Notes: generated from the sequence alone by a model not told the origin. Counted from the stretch's first letter, positions 1 through 12,784 are shown. The stretch is DNA of 64,000 bases from Chitinophaga pinensis (GCA_943372295.1 CALRYC010000001.1:99257-163256), one strand, 5' to 3'. Program-made: numbers and translations.

Positions 1-2
1 CC

Positions 3-623
3 GGTGATGCCGTGACTTTGGTCGAGGGTGTGGTCCGCGACGAAGCATCCCGCGACCCGCTGGGTGCGGAGATCACAGTTACGGATCTCAAGACCGGGAA
101 GCGCGTTGCAAGTCTTCGTAGTGACGACGCTACGGGTGCGTATTACGTGACGCTGACGGCAGGCCGTGTCTACTCGATCACCGCGGTTTCAGAGGATCAC
201 GTGTTCCATTCAGAACGCTACGAGGTCCCAGCCGGTGCCAAGGGACGCACGGTCAAAAAGGACATCGATCTTTCACGTATCCGCGGTGGCGGTGGCCAGC
301 TTCTGGTCTTCTTCGACACGGATAAATCTGAACTCAAGTCTGAGTCGATGCCCGAACTTGAACGAGTGGTGGCACTGCTGAGAGAAAACAGTTCAGTCCG
401 CATGCAATTCGAAGGACATACCGACGATCAAGGTACAGATGACTACAACGACGGTCTGTCACAACGCCGAGCCGATGCCGTGCGCACGTACGTGATCTCC
501 GCCGGTATCGATGCCTCGCGCCTCAGCGCCAAAGGCTTTGGAAAGCGTCGCCCGATGGTCCGTGGCAATACCGATGAAGATCGGCAACAGAACCGCCGCG
601 TCGAAATGAAGATCACGGAGTAA
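3..623 (+). CDS. OmpA-family protein, partial (the 5' end lies outside the window); C-terminal OmpA/peptidoglycan-binding domain
   Basis: The frame is open to the window edge. The C-terminal OmpA motifs are FDTDKSEL...GHTDDQGTDDYNDGLSQRRADAV...RRVEM. The stop is TAA at 621-623. Confidence 0.75.
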   Translation, partial: GDAVTLVEGVVRDEASRDPLGAEITVTDLKTGKRVASLRSDDATGAYYVTLTAGRVYSITAVSEDHVFHSERYEVPAGAKGRTVKKDIDLSRIRGGGGQLLVFFDTDKSELKSESMPELERVVALLRENSSVRMQFEGHTDDQGTDDYNDGLSQRRADAVRTYVISAGIDASRLSAKGFGKRRPMVRGNTDEDRQQNRRVEMKITE

Positions 624-679
624 GATGACGGCTGACGGATGACGGCTGACGGATGACGGCTGACGGATGACGGATAACT
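624..679. repeat. Tandem heptamer repeat TGACGGN x~8 (seen as 14-bp units GATGACGGCTGACG x3 plus a variant), followed by the CCGTAACTCAGTAACTC motif
   Basis: Direct reading of 624-696. It lies in the convergent intergenic space between the OmpA gene and the ispG C-terminal ORF. Confidence 0.8.
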
Positions 680-686
680 CCGTAAC

Positions 687-1703
687 TCAGTAACTCTTCT
701 CCACCCATCGTCCATCATTTCGAATGATGTCGATGAGGGCCTCTACCGCGCCGGCTGAGGCGATATTGCGCTGCACGATTTCCTGTCCGCGGTAGAGTGT
801 GATACGGTCGGGCCCCGAGCCGACGTAGCCGTAGTCGGCGTCGGCCATTTCGCCCGGACCATTGACGATGCAGCCCATGATGCCGATCTTGACGCCCTTG
901 AGGTGGTCAGTGTGTGAGCGGATCATGGCCGTTGTTTCCTGCAAGTCAAACAGCGTGCGCCCGCATGACGGGCAGCTGATGTATTCGGTCTTGGTCATGC
1001 GCGTGCGCGCAGCCTGCAGGATCCCGAAGGCAGTTCTGACGGACGTGGCAGTATCAAGCCCCCTGTCCGACGAGAGAGTCATCATGACGGCGTCACCGAA
1101 GCCTTCCACCAGCAACCCGCCGACGTCTGTCGATGCATCCAGCACAGCGTCGTCGATGGTATCCGCGTGGCTGTGATACTCAAGTATCACCGGCATGTGC
1201 ACGTGTGCAGCAATCAGACGGTCTGCGCATTGGCGCATGTCAGTAAAGTATGTAGCCGAGGCGCTTCCGATCATAAGCACGACGCTGGCATCCTCGGCCA
1301 GTTCATGCAGGACATCGGTGGCAAGATCATCTGAAGCGCAGCGCACCACATTCATGACGGTGTGCCTCTGCGGAATACTGCGGAACTCGTTGATGGAAAA
1401 TACCGGTACGCAGAAGAAATGATCATCATGCTCTAGCCACGCCGAAACATCAAGCAGCTGACGCGTGCCCGCCGGAGCCATAAAGGGCAAAGGGGCTGAC
1501 CCCATGTAGAGGAATTCGGCGGCCTGGTCGGAGGTCGACCATTTGTCCGTGATCGGGTCATACACGTGCCCGATCTGTGCCAGGTCTTCCATGCGAGCGA
1601 TCGCCACCGAACGCAGATCAGCCAGCACACGTGGCACGTTGTCATGGCCGATGACGGCCACTGGATGCGTCTGACGTCGGTGATAGACGTAGGGTGACCT
1701 CAT
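687..1703 (-). CDS. ispG: IspG/GcpE C-terminal portion (A* insert domain plus 4Fe-4S B domain), a separate ORF
   Basis: CPSCGR...IGIMGCIVNGPGE motifs of the GcpE B domain. About 230 aa precede it, matching the A* insert of the Bacteroidetes/plant-type enzyme. Its ATG overlaps the stop of the upstream ORF (ATGA at 1700-1703), with GGAGA 8 nt upstream of the ATG. Confidence 0.8.
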   Translation of the reverse strand: MRSPYVYHRRQTHPVAVIGHDNVPRVLADLRSVAIARMEDLAQIGHVYDPITDKWSTSDQAAEFLYMGSAPLPFMAPAGTRQLLDVSAWLEHDDHFFCVPVFSINEFRSIPQRHTVMNVVRCASDDLATDVLHELAEDASVVLMIGSASATYFTDMRQCADRLIAAHVHMPVILEYHSHADTIDDAVLDASTDVGGLLVEGFGDAVMMTLSSDRGLDTATSVRTAFGILQAARTRMTKTEYISCPSCGRTLFDLQETTAMIRSHTDHLKGVKIGIMGCIVNGPGEMADADYGYVGSGPDRITLYRGQEIVQRNIASAGAVEALIDIIRNDGRWVEKSY

Positions 1704-2602
1704 TGGGCGTATCTCCGGATGAGCGCGCGCGCCACGGGAATCTCGGCCTCGGGTTCTTCCGTCAGCGAAACACGCACCGTATCACCCAGACCATCGGCCA
1801 GAAGTGTTCCGATGCCCAGAGCGCTCTTGATGCGTCCGTCCTCACCATCGCCGGCTTCGGTCACGCCAAGGTGCAGTGGGTATGGCTTCATGTTCTGCTC
1901 GTTGAGCGTTGCAACCAACAGTCGGTAGGCATGGATCATCACGATGGGATTGCTCGACTTCATCGACAGGACGATGTTGTCGAAGCCCTCGTCGTCGGCA
2001 ATACGCAGAAACTCAAGGGCTGACTCGACCATGCCGTGCGGACTGTCGCCGTAGCGACTCATGATCCGGTCGGAAAGAGACCCATGATTCGTGCCGATGC
2101 GCATGGCCGTGCCATATTCCTTGCAGATCTTCACCAGCGGTACGAATCTGTCACGAATTCGCTCAAGCTCCTCGGCATACTGAGCATCGGTGTATTCGAT
2201 GATGTTGAACTGTTTTTTGTCGACGTAGTTACCGGGATTGATCCGCACCTTCTCGACAAGCCGAGCGGCGATCTCGGCGGCATTCGGAGTGAAATGAATG
2301 TCGGCCACCAGTGGGGTTGTATAGCCCCTTTGCCGCAGACCCGTGCGGATGTGTTCCAAGTTCTTGGCCTCGCGTATGCTTGGCGCTGTGATGCGAACAA
2401 GCTCGCAACCGGCATCGATCATACGTATCGACTGCTCGATCGTGCCCTCGGTGTCCATCGTATTGGTGGTGGTCATCGACTGCACACGAATCGGTGCTGA
2501 CGAGCCCATCGTCAGCTCGCCGATCAGCGCTGTTATGGTCTCGCGCCTCCGATACTCGGTCAGCGAATCGCAGTAAGGGGCAGATGGTTGCGGAGTGGAC
2601 AT
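1700..2602 (-). CDS. ispG: IspG/GcpE N-terminal TIM-barrel (A) domain, a separate ORF
   Basis: PLVADIHF, RINPGN and DTVRVSL motifs align with the E. coli IspG A domain through ~residue 270. It ends at a stop at 1700-1702. Confidence 0.8.
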   Translation of the reverse strand: MSTPQPSAPYCDSLTEYRRRETITALIGELTMGSSAPIRVQSMTTTNTMDTEGTIEQSIRMIDAGCELVRITAPSIREAKNLEHIRTGLRQRGYTTPLVADIHFTPNAAEIAARLVEKVRINPGNYVDKKQFNIIEYTDAQYAEELERIRDRFVPLVKICKEYGTAMRIGTNHGSLSDRIMSRYGDSPHGMVESALEFLRIADDEGFDNIVLSMKSSNPIVMIHAYRLLVATLNEQNMKPYPLHLGVTEAGDGEDGRIKSALGIGTLLADGLGDTVRVSLTEEPEAEIPVARALIRRYAQ

Positions 2603-3540
2603 TACAGCTGGCGGCTCACTTCGAACAGAATGTTCTTCTCACGCTCACTCAGTCCGTGATACCCTCCGGCAGAGATCTTGTCGAGGATGCCATCGATCTG
2701 TTCCTGCGAGATCGGCTCACCGTTGACGATGAACTTCGTTGGCGTCTGCCGGATTGGCATCTGATGAACGGTAGGGGGCTCGGGGCTTTTGAAACTTTTC
2801 GTGTACGACGTGGGCGTTGGAATGTCGCGGTACTCCACGTCCAGCACGTCACGTCGGCGGGGGGAGTGCAAGCCCCCTGACCCAGCGTCAATGCGCTGCA
2901 TGAGTCCGCTTCCAAACTTGATCAGCAGAAAGCCCCCCAAAGCGCCACCTAGGTGGGCGAAGTGCGCCACGCCGTCACTGGTGTTCATCAGTCCGTTGAG
3001 CAGATCGAATCCGGCGTAGATCATCACGAAGATGCGAGCCGGGATCGGGAAGAACAGCGGAAACATCATGATCGGACGATCGGGATACGTCATCCCGAAG
3101 GCCAACAACACGCCCATGATCGAACCGGATGCTCCGATCGTAGGAACCATGCTGCCGTCGATGATCGGATGGACGGAAAGATGCACCACGGCCGCTGCGA
3201 TTCCACACAGCAGGTAATAGACCGCAAACCGGCGCGAGCCCCAGAGATGCTCAAGCTCCATGCCGAACATCCACAGAGCCAGCATGTTGAAGAAGAGGTG
3301 CCCCAGGCCGCCATGCATGAATTGGTACGACAATACCTGCCATGGCAAGAACATCCCGCTCTCTACCGGCCAGAGCGCAAACATCTGGGTCACGACGTTG
3401 TCGATCGGGACACCGTCGAGCGTTAGTCCGGAGAGCATCAGGGACTGGAACAAAAAGACCGCAACATTGGAGATCAGCAGAAACTTGATCACCGGCGGGA
3501 AAGCGCTCAGGCCGCGGCCCTGGCCAAAGAATGACGACAT
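2602..3540 (-). CDS. Rhomboid-family intramembrane serine protease with a ~100 aa C-terminal soluble extension
   Basis: GASGSIMG (catalytic Ser) and HLGGALGG (catalytic His) motifs. Multiple TM segments. Confidence 0.8.
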   Translation of the reverse strand: MSSFFGQGRGLSAFPPVIKFLLISNVAVFLFQSLMLSGLTLDGVPIDNVVTQMFALWPVESGMFLPWQVLSYQFMHGGLGHLFFNMLALWMFGMELEHLWGSRRFAVYYLLCGIAAAVVHLSVHPIIDGSMVPTIGASGSIMGVLLAFGMTYPDRPIMMFPLFFPIPARIFVMIYAGFDLLNGLMNTSDGVAHFAHLGGALGGFLLIKFGSGLMQRIDAGSGGLHSPRRRDVLDVEYRDIPTPTSYTKSFKSPEPPTVHQMPIRQTPTKFIVNGEPISQEQIDGILDKISAGGYHGLSEREKNILFEVSRQL

Positions 3541-3543
3541 GGA

Positions 3544-6351
<2,808 letters not shown>

Positions 6352-7113
6352 CTACTCCTCGTCTCCCCGGCCAAGGCCGGGGCCCACATCCTCAACCACT
6401 TCGGCGTTATGAAAAATCTCCTGTACGTCGTCGTAGTCATCGAGGACGTCGAGAAATTTCTCCATCAACCGCAGGTGTTCCGGCTCATCGACCCTGACCA
6501 TTGTTCCTGGCTCGAAGACAATGCGCTGCTCGCGCACGTTAAGGCCTGAAGTTGTAAGTCCATTACCAACCGTACCCAGAGTGTCAACGCTGCAGAAAAT
6601 CAGAGCCCCTTCATAGATCATCAGCACATCTTCTGCGCCAAGCTCCAGGGCCACGAGTAGAAGATCGTCCTCGGATCGGTCGGTCTCGATGCGGATCTCG
6701 CCTCTACGCGTGAAGTTCCAGCTGACGGAGTTTGACTCGCCAAGATTGCCGCCGTACTTCGAAAAGTATGCGCGCAATTCCTGGGTGGTGCGGTTGCGGT
6801 GATCGGTTGTACAGACAACGATCACGGCCACGCCACCCGGACCATAACCTTCGTAGATAACGTCTTCGTAGGTGGTGCCCTCAAGCTCTCCCGTGCCGCG
6901 CAGGATGGCGCGCTTGATCGTGTCGACCGGCATCGATACGGATCGGGCGTTTTCGATGGCCATACGCAGACGGGCGTTACCATCGGGATCGCCCCCTCCC
7001 AGCTTTGCCGCAACGATGATCTCCTTCGAGACCTTCGTGAATAGTTTGCCGCGCTTGGCGTCAACTACCGCCTTGCGACGTTTGATGTTGGCCCATTTAC
7101 TATGTCCTGCCAT
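6352..7113 (-). CDS. yebC: YebC/PmpR-family DNA-binding regulatory protein
   Basis: MAGHSKWANIKRRKA...RLRMAIE signature. Sits immediately upstream of ruvC, the conserved yebC-ruvC pair. Confidence 0.9.
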   Translation of the reverse strand: MAGHSKWANIKRRKAVVDAKRGKLFTKVSKEIIVAAKLGGGDPDGNARLRMAIENARSVSMPVDTIKRAILRGTGELEGTTYEDVIYEGYGPGGVAVIVVCTTDHRNRTTQELRAYFSKYGGNLGESNSVSWNFTRRGEIRIETDRSEDDLLLVALELGAEDVLMIYEGALIFCSVDTLGTVGNGLTTSGLNVREQRIVFEPGTMVRVDEPEHLRLMEKFLDVLDDYDDVQEIFHNAEVVEDVGPGLGRGDEE

Positions 7114-7122
7114 GGGGCAAAA

Positions 7123-9936
7123 CTACGATGTGTACGGACGGTGAGGTATTGAGTCCATCAGGCGCTTGTAGATCGGTGACAGTGCAAGCACGGTGGGGTT
7201 GCCCACGAGGATGAACTGCTCACGGGCGCGCGTGATAGCGACGTTGAGCTTGCGGTCCACCATCACATCGTCGATCTGCACGTCCGAGCGGATGGAATCG
7301 AACTCCTGCTCATTGGTAACGGCGGTGCCGTAAAGAATGACGTCGCATTCGCTCCCTTGAAAGCGCTCTACAGTGTCGACCGTTATGCAACTCCGCAGCT
7401 CGGGTGGCAGCTCCTCATCGAGCAGCTGCATGACGGTGGTGTTCTGCGCGCGAAACGGCGTGATAATGCCGATGGAAGGGGGCTGAGCGGTCCCAACGGC
7501 TTGGGTCACGATGCGCTTGGCCAGGTCGCGCAGGAGATAGGCCTCGGCCAGCTGTTGCTGCTGGGCCTCGACCTCGATCATGCATGCGCGATGACTGACA
7601 ACGTCAGCCCAGGGCAGGGGAGTGCGGCTTCGCTGTGAGTCTTTCAGACACGTCAGGCGTCCGCCGTAGAACGCCACCGACGGAAAGCGCATGACATCCT
7701 CGTGCATGCGTCCCTGCTGGGTAAGCATGGCCACGGTGCCCACATCGCCACGCCGGTTGGCGCAGCGGATCAGTCGCTCGAAGCCCGACATCCCGAGGTT
7801 GGTCAGGCAGGCCTCATCCAGGTGCTTTGTTTCGACCTTGAGAAGTTCCGCCGGCTGCGCGATCACCGCCGGCAACTGACAATGGTCGCCGATCATGATC
7901 GTGCGCTCACATCGCACCAGAAGGCCGATCAGTTGTGGTTCGATGATCTGCGAGGCCTCGTCAACGATCACGGTGTTAAACTCTGACAGGCTCCAGAGCT
8001 CAGGTGCCGAGTGCATTGATGCGACAGTCGCTACGATCACCCTTGTCGAAGAAACAGTGTCGGCCAGATCCTCTGGCGTAAGATCACGGGCCAGCCGTGG
8101 TATCGATCCGGCACCGGTGGCACCCTCGAGGCTGCCCTGACGCAGAAAGCTGACATCATGCTTTCCAAGCACATCACAGATTTCGTTCGCTGCTCTGTTG
8201 GTGAACGCCACGACGAGAATGTGATGTCGGGGCTGGCGCAGAAGTTCCTGAACGATCGCGCGCAGAACGGCCGAGGTTTTGCCGGAGCCCGGTGGACCCT
8301 GAATGAGGAAGAGCTCGCGGGCTGCAACGGCGCGCTCCACAATGCCGCGCTGCACGTCGGTCAGCCCGGGGGCTTGTGAAGGCGAGGGCGCGTCATGCTG
8401 CGGAGCGGAATGCCCCAAAAGAACGCTTCGGCGCCGCGGGTTGGCATCGATCAGCGATCGGATCGAGGTGGACGTGGCGCGCGTTCCGGTGTCGGTGACG
8501 TCCTGCTCGATCATCCAACATCCGTCATCGCGGCGGGACACATCGGCGTATTTGTTGCGAAGTGAAATGGTGACGTGCTCAACATCGATCGATCTGACGG
8601 AGCCTTTGTAGAGTTCGAGTCCGGTCTTTGATGCTCCTGTATACTGGTCCATCCCCAACCGTCGCAGCACCACGGCATCACCGACGCGGATAGCCGTTGG
8701 GAGCGGTTGCGGACGTCGCAGAAACGTCAGGTGCATTGTTTCCATGTTCGAGCGTTCGCGGTCGAACGTCAGATCTGTCAACACCGTGGGGGAGAGTTTG
8801 CGCTCTTCGGGCGACAACCGCCAAAGGTCAGCCGCACAGCGCCCAGAGCCCCCTCCCAGTCGGGCTGTGGCTTGTTCATTGGCGGCCATGCGAAGCCATT
8901 CGGCGATCAGGAACCGCTCGGTCAGACCAAGACTCTGAAGACTCTTGCTGAGACGTTCCCACTCGTCGCGTTCATAGCTCGATATACCCTTGTGGTACGT
9001 CGGCCCTAGCTGAGCGATCCGCAGCATCTTCATGTCGCCTCTCTGCACCCGCAGATCATTCAGGACAATGGCATTGCGTGCATCGAGGATCGATCGCATC
9101 GGGTTGTCGAAGTCCTCGACGTCGCGAAGCGGGTTCTTCTGATCGGTGATGTACCACATCTGACCCATGATCGCACCCGGAGAGTCACGGGTGGCCTCCA
9201 GCAGCGCCATGTAGCTGGCCGCCTGCGAGATATGGTCGGGCCGGTCCAGCGCCCGCGGACGTCCGACCTTGAGCTCGATCACGGTCAGATCCTTGTCGCG
9301 TCGGACCACGATATCGGCCCGGCCCTGCAGGCCGAGCACGGGCGAGATGAGGAAGGGTTCCAGAACCACGTCGGCACCATTCCAAGCATGCACCATTTGC
9401 CTAAGCGGGGATAACAGGTGCCGCACGGTGGTAAGCAGTTCACTGTACCTCTGACTATCCCGAGCCAGGGCTGCCATTGCCAGGGGACGAGACTGCATCG
9501 CCTCGGCGATCACCTCGGAGTCGCCAAGATCGGGACGCCGCACCAGAGCATCAAGCGCACCATTGACCACCGTCCCTGCGAGCATGGCCGGTGTCGGCGG
9601 TCCGATCTGACGGAGGCGTTTTATGGCAATTGAGCCGCTGAGAAGGCCGTAATCGCTCAGAAGTGACGAAGCGTCGGTCACATCAATGGTGATCTCGGGC
9701 TCGAGAACGAGAAGGGGCTCACGGCTACGTGGCAGACGCTGTTCCAGTGCCGCCACTCGGCGTCCGATAAGCAGCGTGCGGGCCTCGACAACGTTGCCAA
9801 GGAGCCCCTTGTCGAGTGTGAAGGGCACATGCACACTCGAGCCATTGTCTTCCGTTTCCACCACTGTCTGGCCGGATTGGTCGACATCGGTAATGATCCC
9901 GAATCGGGCCGATGAAATGTCCAGATGCGTTGTCAT
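7123..9936 (-). CDS. Dna2-like nuclease-helicase: N-terminal RecB/Cas4-family PD-(D/E)xK nuclease plus C-terminal SF1B (DNA2/NAM7/AAA_11-AAA_12) helicase
   Basis: Nuclease motifs GRADIVV (motif II D), IELK (motif III ExK) and QAASY (QhxxY). Helicase motifs GPPGSGKT (Walker A), VIVDEASQ (Walker B), QGRMH and NVAITRAR. Confidence 0.75.
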   Translation of the reverse strand: MTTHLDISSARFGIITDVDQSGQTVVETEDNGSSVHVPFTLDKGLLGNVVEARTLLIGRRVAALEQRLPRSREPLLVLEPEITIDVTDASSLLSDYGLLSGSIAIKRLRQIGPPTPAMLAGTVVNGALDALVRRPDLGDSEVIAEAMQSRPLAMAALARDSQRYSELLTTVRHLLSPLRQMVHAWNGADVVLEPFLISPVLGLQGRADIVVRRDKDLTVIELKVGRPRALDRPDHISQAASYMALLEATRDSPGAIMGQMWYITDQKNPLRDVEDFDNPMRSILDARNAIVLNDLRVQRGDMKMLRIAQLGPTYHKGISSYERDEWERLSKSLQSLGLTERFLIAEWLRMAANEQATARLGGGSGRCAADLWRLSPEERKLSPTVLTDLTFDRERSNMETMHLTFLRRPQPLPTAIRVGDAVVLRRLGMDQYTGASKTGLELYKGSVRSIDVEHVTISLRNKYADVSRRDDGCWMIEQDVTDTGTRATSTSIRSLIDANPRRRSVLLGHSAPQHDAPSPSQAPGLTDVQRGIVERAVAARELFLIQGPPGSGKTSAVLRAIVQELLRQPRHHILVVAFTNRAANEICDVLGKHDVSFLRQGSLEGATGAGSIPRLARDLTPEDLADTVSSTRVIVATVASMHSAPELWSLSEFNTVIVDEASQIIEPQLIGLLVRCERTIMIGDHCQLPAVIAQPAELLKVETKHLDEACLTNLGMSGFERLIRCANRRGDVGTVAMLTQQGRMHEDVMRFPSVAFYGGRLTCLKDSQRSRTPLPWADVVSHRACMIEVEAQQQQLAEAYLLRDLAKRIVTQAVGTAQPPSIGIITPFRAQNTTVMQLLDEELPPELRSCITVDTVERFQGSECDVILYGTAVTNEQEFDSIRSDVQIDDVMVDRKLNVAITRAREQFILVGNPTVLALSPIYKRLMDSIPHRPYTS

Positions 9937-9969
9937 CCGATATTCGTCCGGCGAACTCCGCCAAGGGGC

Positions 9970-11739
9970 TCAGCGATGTGGGTGGATATCCTTGATCCGG
10001 ATCTGTGGCGACGAGCCGCCGTTGAACAAGTTCTCTTCGAGAGTGTAGACCATCGCGAACGTCCGTCCGTGTGATACGTCGCTGATCTTGCCTCCAAGAC
10101 CGAACCCGATGGCGTCTAGCTGGAAGTGCCGCTGCATGGCCCGGAACTTCAGGTGGTTATTGCCGACGATCTTTACGCCGTTTGCCGATGTCACGTTATC
10201 GGTCATGAACATCGGTCGTGGGTTCTGATGTCCATAAGGGGCGAACTTGGCTAGATGCTTGAAAAATAAGGGCGATAGTTCGGTGAGTTGGAGCTCTGTG
10301 TCAATAATGACCTCGTGCTCCATTTCCATGGTTGCCAGGGCTGCAGCGGCGATCTCGTCAAGTCGGCGCTGAAGCTCCGGAATGTTCTCGACCTTCAGCG
10401 AGAGGCCAGCGGCGTGGATATGTCCGCCAAACTCGATCAGAAGGTCCTCGCATTGCTTCAATGCATCATGGATATCGAACTGGCGCACCGAGCGTGCTGA
10501 ACCTTTGGCGATCCCGTCGATCGTCGTCAGCATGATCGCCGGTACATTGAAACGTTCAACTAGGCGCGAGGCAACGATGCCGATGACGCCAGCATGCCAT
10601 GCTTCATCGTGTAAAATCAACGCCTTGCCGCTGCCACTTGAGAGTTGCTCGTGAGCCATGATGGCTGCTTCTTCGAACGTATGTTCATCGATCGAGCGAC
10701 GTTGTCGGTTATCGCGTTCAAGTTCCTGGGCGATATGGAAGGCGCGTAGTTCATCGTCCTGCATCATCATTTCGACCGCTCGGCGCGGGTCACCGAGGCG
10801 TCCGGCGGCATTGATCCGCGGAGCGAGGCCGAAGATCACGCTCGAGTTCGTGAGTTCACCCAGGGGCAGTCCCGCACAATCGACGAGCCCCTTGAAGCCG
10901 GGGCGTGGATATGAGTTTAGCAGTTCAAGACCGAAGTGGCTCAGGACGCGATTTTCACCAACCAAGGGGGCGATGTCGGCCGCCGAGGCGATCGCCACGA
11001 AGTCCAGGTATTCGTAGGCCAGCTCTGGGTGACCGTGACGCTGGCTCAGGGCCTGAAGCAGCTTGAACGCCACACCACATGCGGCCAAGTCCTTGAAAGG
11101 ATAGGGGCATCCGGGCTTCAGAGGATTCAGCAGCGCCAGGCAGGAGGGGATCTCTTCGGCGGCCTGGTGGTGATCGCAGACGATCACATCGATGCCGAGT
11201 TCGCGGGCATGGTCGACGGCCTTTGATGCCGTGACACCGACATCGACCGTCACGATGATCGTGGCTCCAGCAGCATGTGCGCGATCAACGGACTGTGGCG
11301 TGAAGCCAAAGCCCTCATCAAGGCGACTAGGAATATGATAATCTGCCGTGGCTCCGATCCTGCGCAGGAAATGGAGCGTCATGGCAGTACTTGACGTGCC
11401 GTCAACGTCATAATCGCCGTGGATCCATATCAGCTCGCGGTCCGAGATGGCACGCAGGATACGTTCCACTGCAACCTCCATACCATCCATGAGCCATGGA
11501 GAATGGAGGTGATCGAGCGATGGCTCAAAGAACCGTTGAACCTCTTCAACGGTCTTTATCCCCCGTCCAACCAGAATTTTGGCGATTGGGCGAGGGATTT
11601 CGAGGGTTGTGATTATCGTCTGGACGGCATGTTCATCTGTACATTCCCGGGTGATCCACCGGTAGTTCAAAGGGTTCCTGTTAATTTGATAACAAACTCT
11701 CTCAAGATACGAAGCTCCGCAGCCTGTGGCAATACGCAT
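9970..11739 (-). CDS. recJ: Single-stranded-DNA-specific exonuclease RecJ
   Basis: DHH phosphoesterase motifs HGDYDVDG, DHH(Q) and the DHHA1 region. 589 aa. The annotated 5' end overlaps the rsgA start, so one of the two starts is probably too long. Confidence 0.85.
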   Translation of the reverse strand: MRIATGCGASYLERVCYQINRNPLNYRWITRECTDEHAVQTIITTLEIPRPIAKILVGRGIKTVEEVQRFFEPSLDHLHSPWLMDGMEVAVERILRAISDRELIWIHGDYDVDGTSSTAMTLHFLRRIGATADYHIPSRLDEGFGFTPQSVDRAHAAGATIIVTVDVGVTASKAVDHARELGIDVIVCDHHQAAEEIPSCLALLNPLKPGCPYPFKDLAACGVAFKLLQALSQRHGHPELAYEYLDFVAIASAADIAPLVGENRVLSHFGLELLNSYPRPGFKGLVDCAGLPLGELTNSSVIFGLAPRINAAGRLGDPRRAVEMMMQDDELRAFHIAQELERDNRQRRSIDEHTFEEAAIMAHEQLSSGSGKALILHDEAWHAGVIGIVASRLVERFNVPAIMLTTIDGIAKGSARSVRQFDIHDALKQCEDLLIEFGGHIHAAGLSLKVENIPELQRRLDEIAAAALATMEMEHEVIIDTELQLTELSPLFFKHLAKFAPYGHQNPRPMFMTDNVTSANGVKIVGNNHLKFRAMQRHFQLDAIGFGLGGKISDVSHGRTFAMVYTLEENLFNGGSSPQIRIKDIHPHR

Positions 11740-12784
11740 ACACGACTACAACCACGCTCAGCCCGACCCCGAAGAGCGCGAAATGGGCTACCGGGCGCGC
11801 ACGAGGGAGCGAGCCAAGCTGTTGGACAGAACGGGCACGCGAGTGAAGAGGGGCGCCATTCCCGCAGAGGCTCTCATCGGCACCGTCATGCGTCCGCTGG
11901 GTCCGCGTTGGATGGTTGCTACCGCTGAAGCAGTGTGGGACTGTTCGGTATCGGGAATCATTGATGTTCCACACATGTCCAGTTTGGTTGCCGTTGGCGA
12001 CACCGTATGGATCGTGCCCGATGAGCGGGCATCGGGAGTTGCATCGATCGTCAAGGTCGAAGAGCGCACCACAGTTTTGTCGCGCAAGGCCGCCGGACGC
12101 GGCAAGAAGGAGCAAGTGCTGGTAGCCAACGCCGAGCAGCTCTGCATTGTTGTGGCAGCAGCGCAGCCTGACTACAAGAAGCGGCTCATCGACCGGTACT
12201 TGATCGCAGCAGACAAGGGTGAGCTTGCCCCGATGATCGTGATCAACAAGATCGACCTTATTCCGGATGAATATCGCGAGGACTTTGTCGAGGACCTCCG
12301 AATCTACTCCGATGACCTAGGCATTCCGGTTCTGTTCACAAGCGCGACAACCGGGCAGGGCATTGCGGAGCTTGAGCACCACCTCATGGCGCACACCTCT
12401 TTGCTTGCCGGTCCATCCGGCGTTGGCAAATCCTCCCTCATCAATCTGATCAGCAACATTCCCCAAGCCGTCGGCGAGATCTCCCGCAAGTACGACAAGG
12501 GGCGTCATACCACCACGGCTGCCATCGTCATTCCGTTGCGCAACGGTGGAATAGCAATCGACACCCCCGGCATACGCGAGTTCGCCCTCTGGGAGCTCGG
12601 TCTCGACGAGCTCCCATTCTACTTCGAAGAGTTCGCCCCCTTCGCCGAACAATGCAAGTTCAATTCCTGCTCACACACCCACGAGCCCGGCTGCGCCGTC
12701 AAAGCTGCCGTCGAGCAGGGCCTCGCAGACGAAGAGCGGTATATCTCGTATCTGAATCTCAGATCAGAATCGAATGACAGGTGA
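11726..12784 (+). CDS. rsgA: Ribosome small-subunit-dependent GTPase A (RsgA/YjeQ)
   Basis: G-motifs NKIDL and GVGKSSLIN, plus the C-terminal zinc finger CKFNSCSHTHEPGCAV. Confidence 0.8.
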   Translation: MAIRIHDYNHAQPDPEEREMGYRARTRERAKLLDRTGTRVKRGAIPAEALIGTVMRPLGPRWMVATAEAVWDCSVSGIIDVPHMSSLVAVGDTVWIVPDERASGVASIVKVEERTTVLSRKAAGRGKKEQVLVANAEQLCIVVAAAQPDYKKRLIDRYLIAADKGELAPMIVINKIDLIPDEYREDFVEDLRIYSDDLGIPVLFTSATTGQGIAELEHHLMAHTSLLAGPSGVGKSSLINLISNIPQAVGEISRKYDKGRHTTTAAIVIPLRNGGIAIDTPGIREFALWELGLDELPFYFEEFAPFAEQCKFNSCSHTHEPGCAVKAAVEQGLADEERYISYLNLRSESNDR

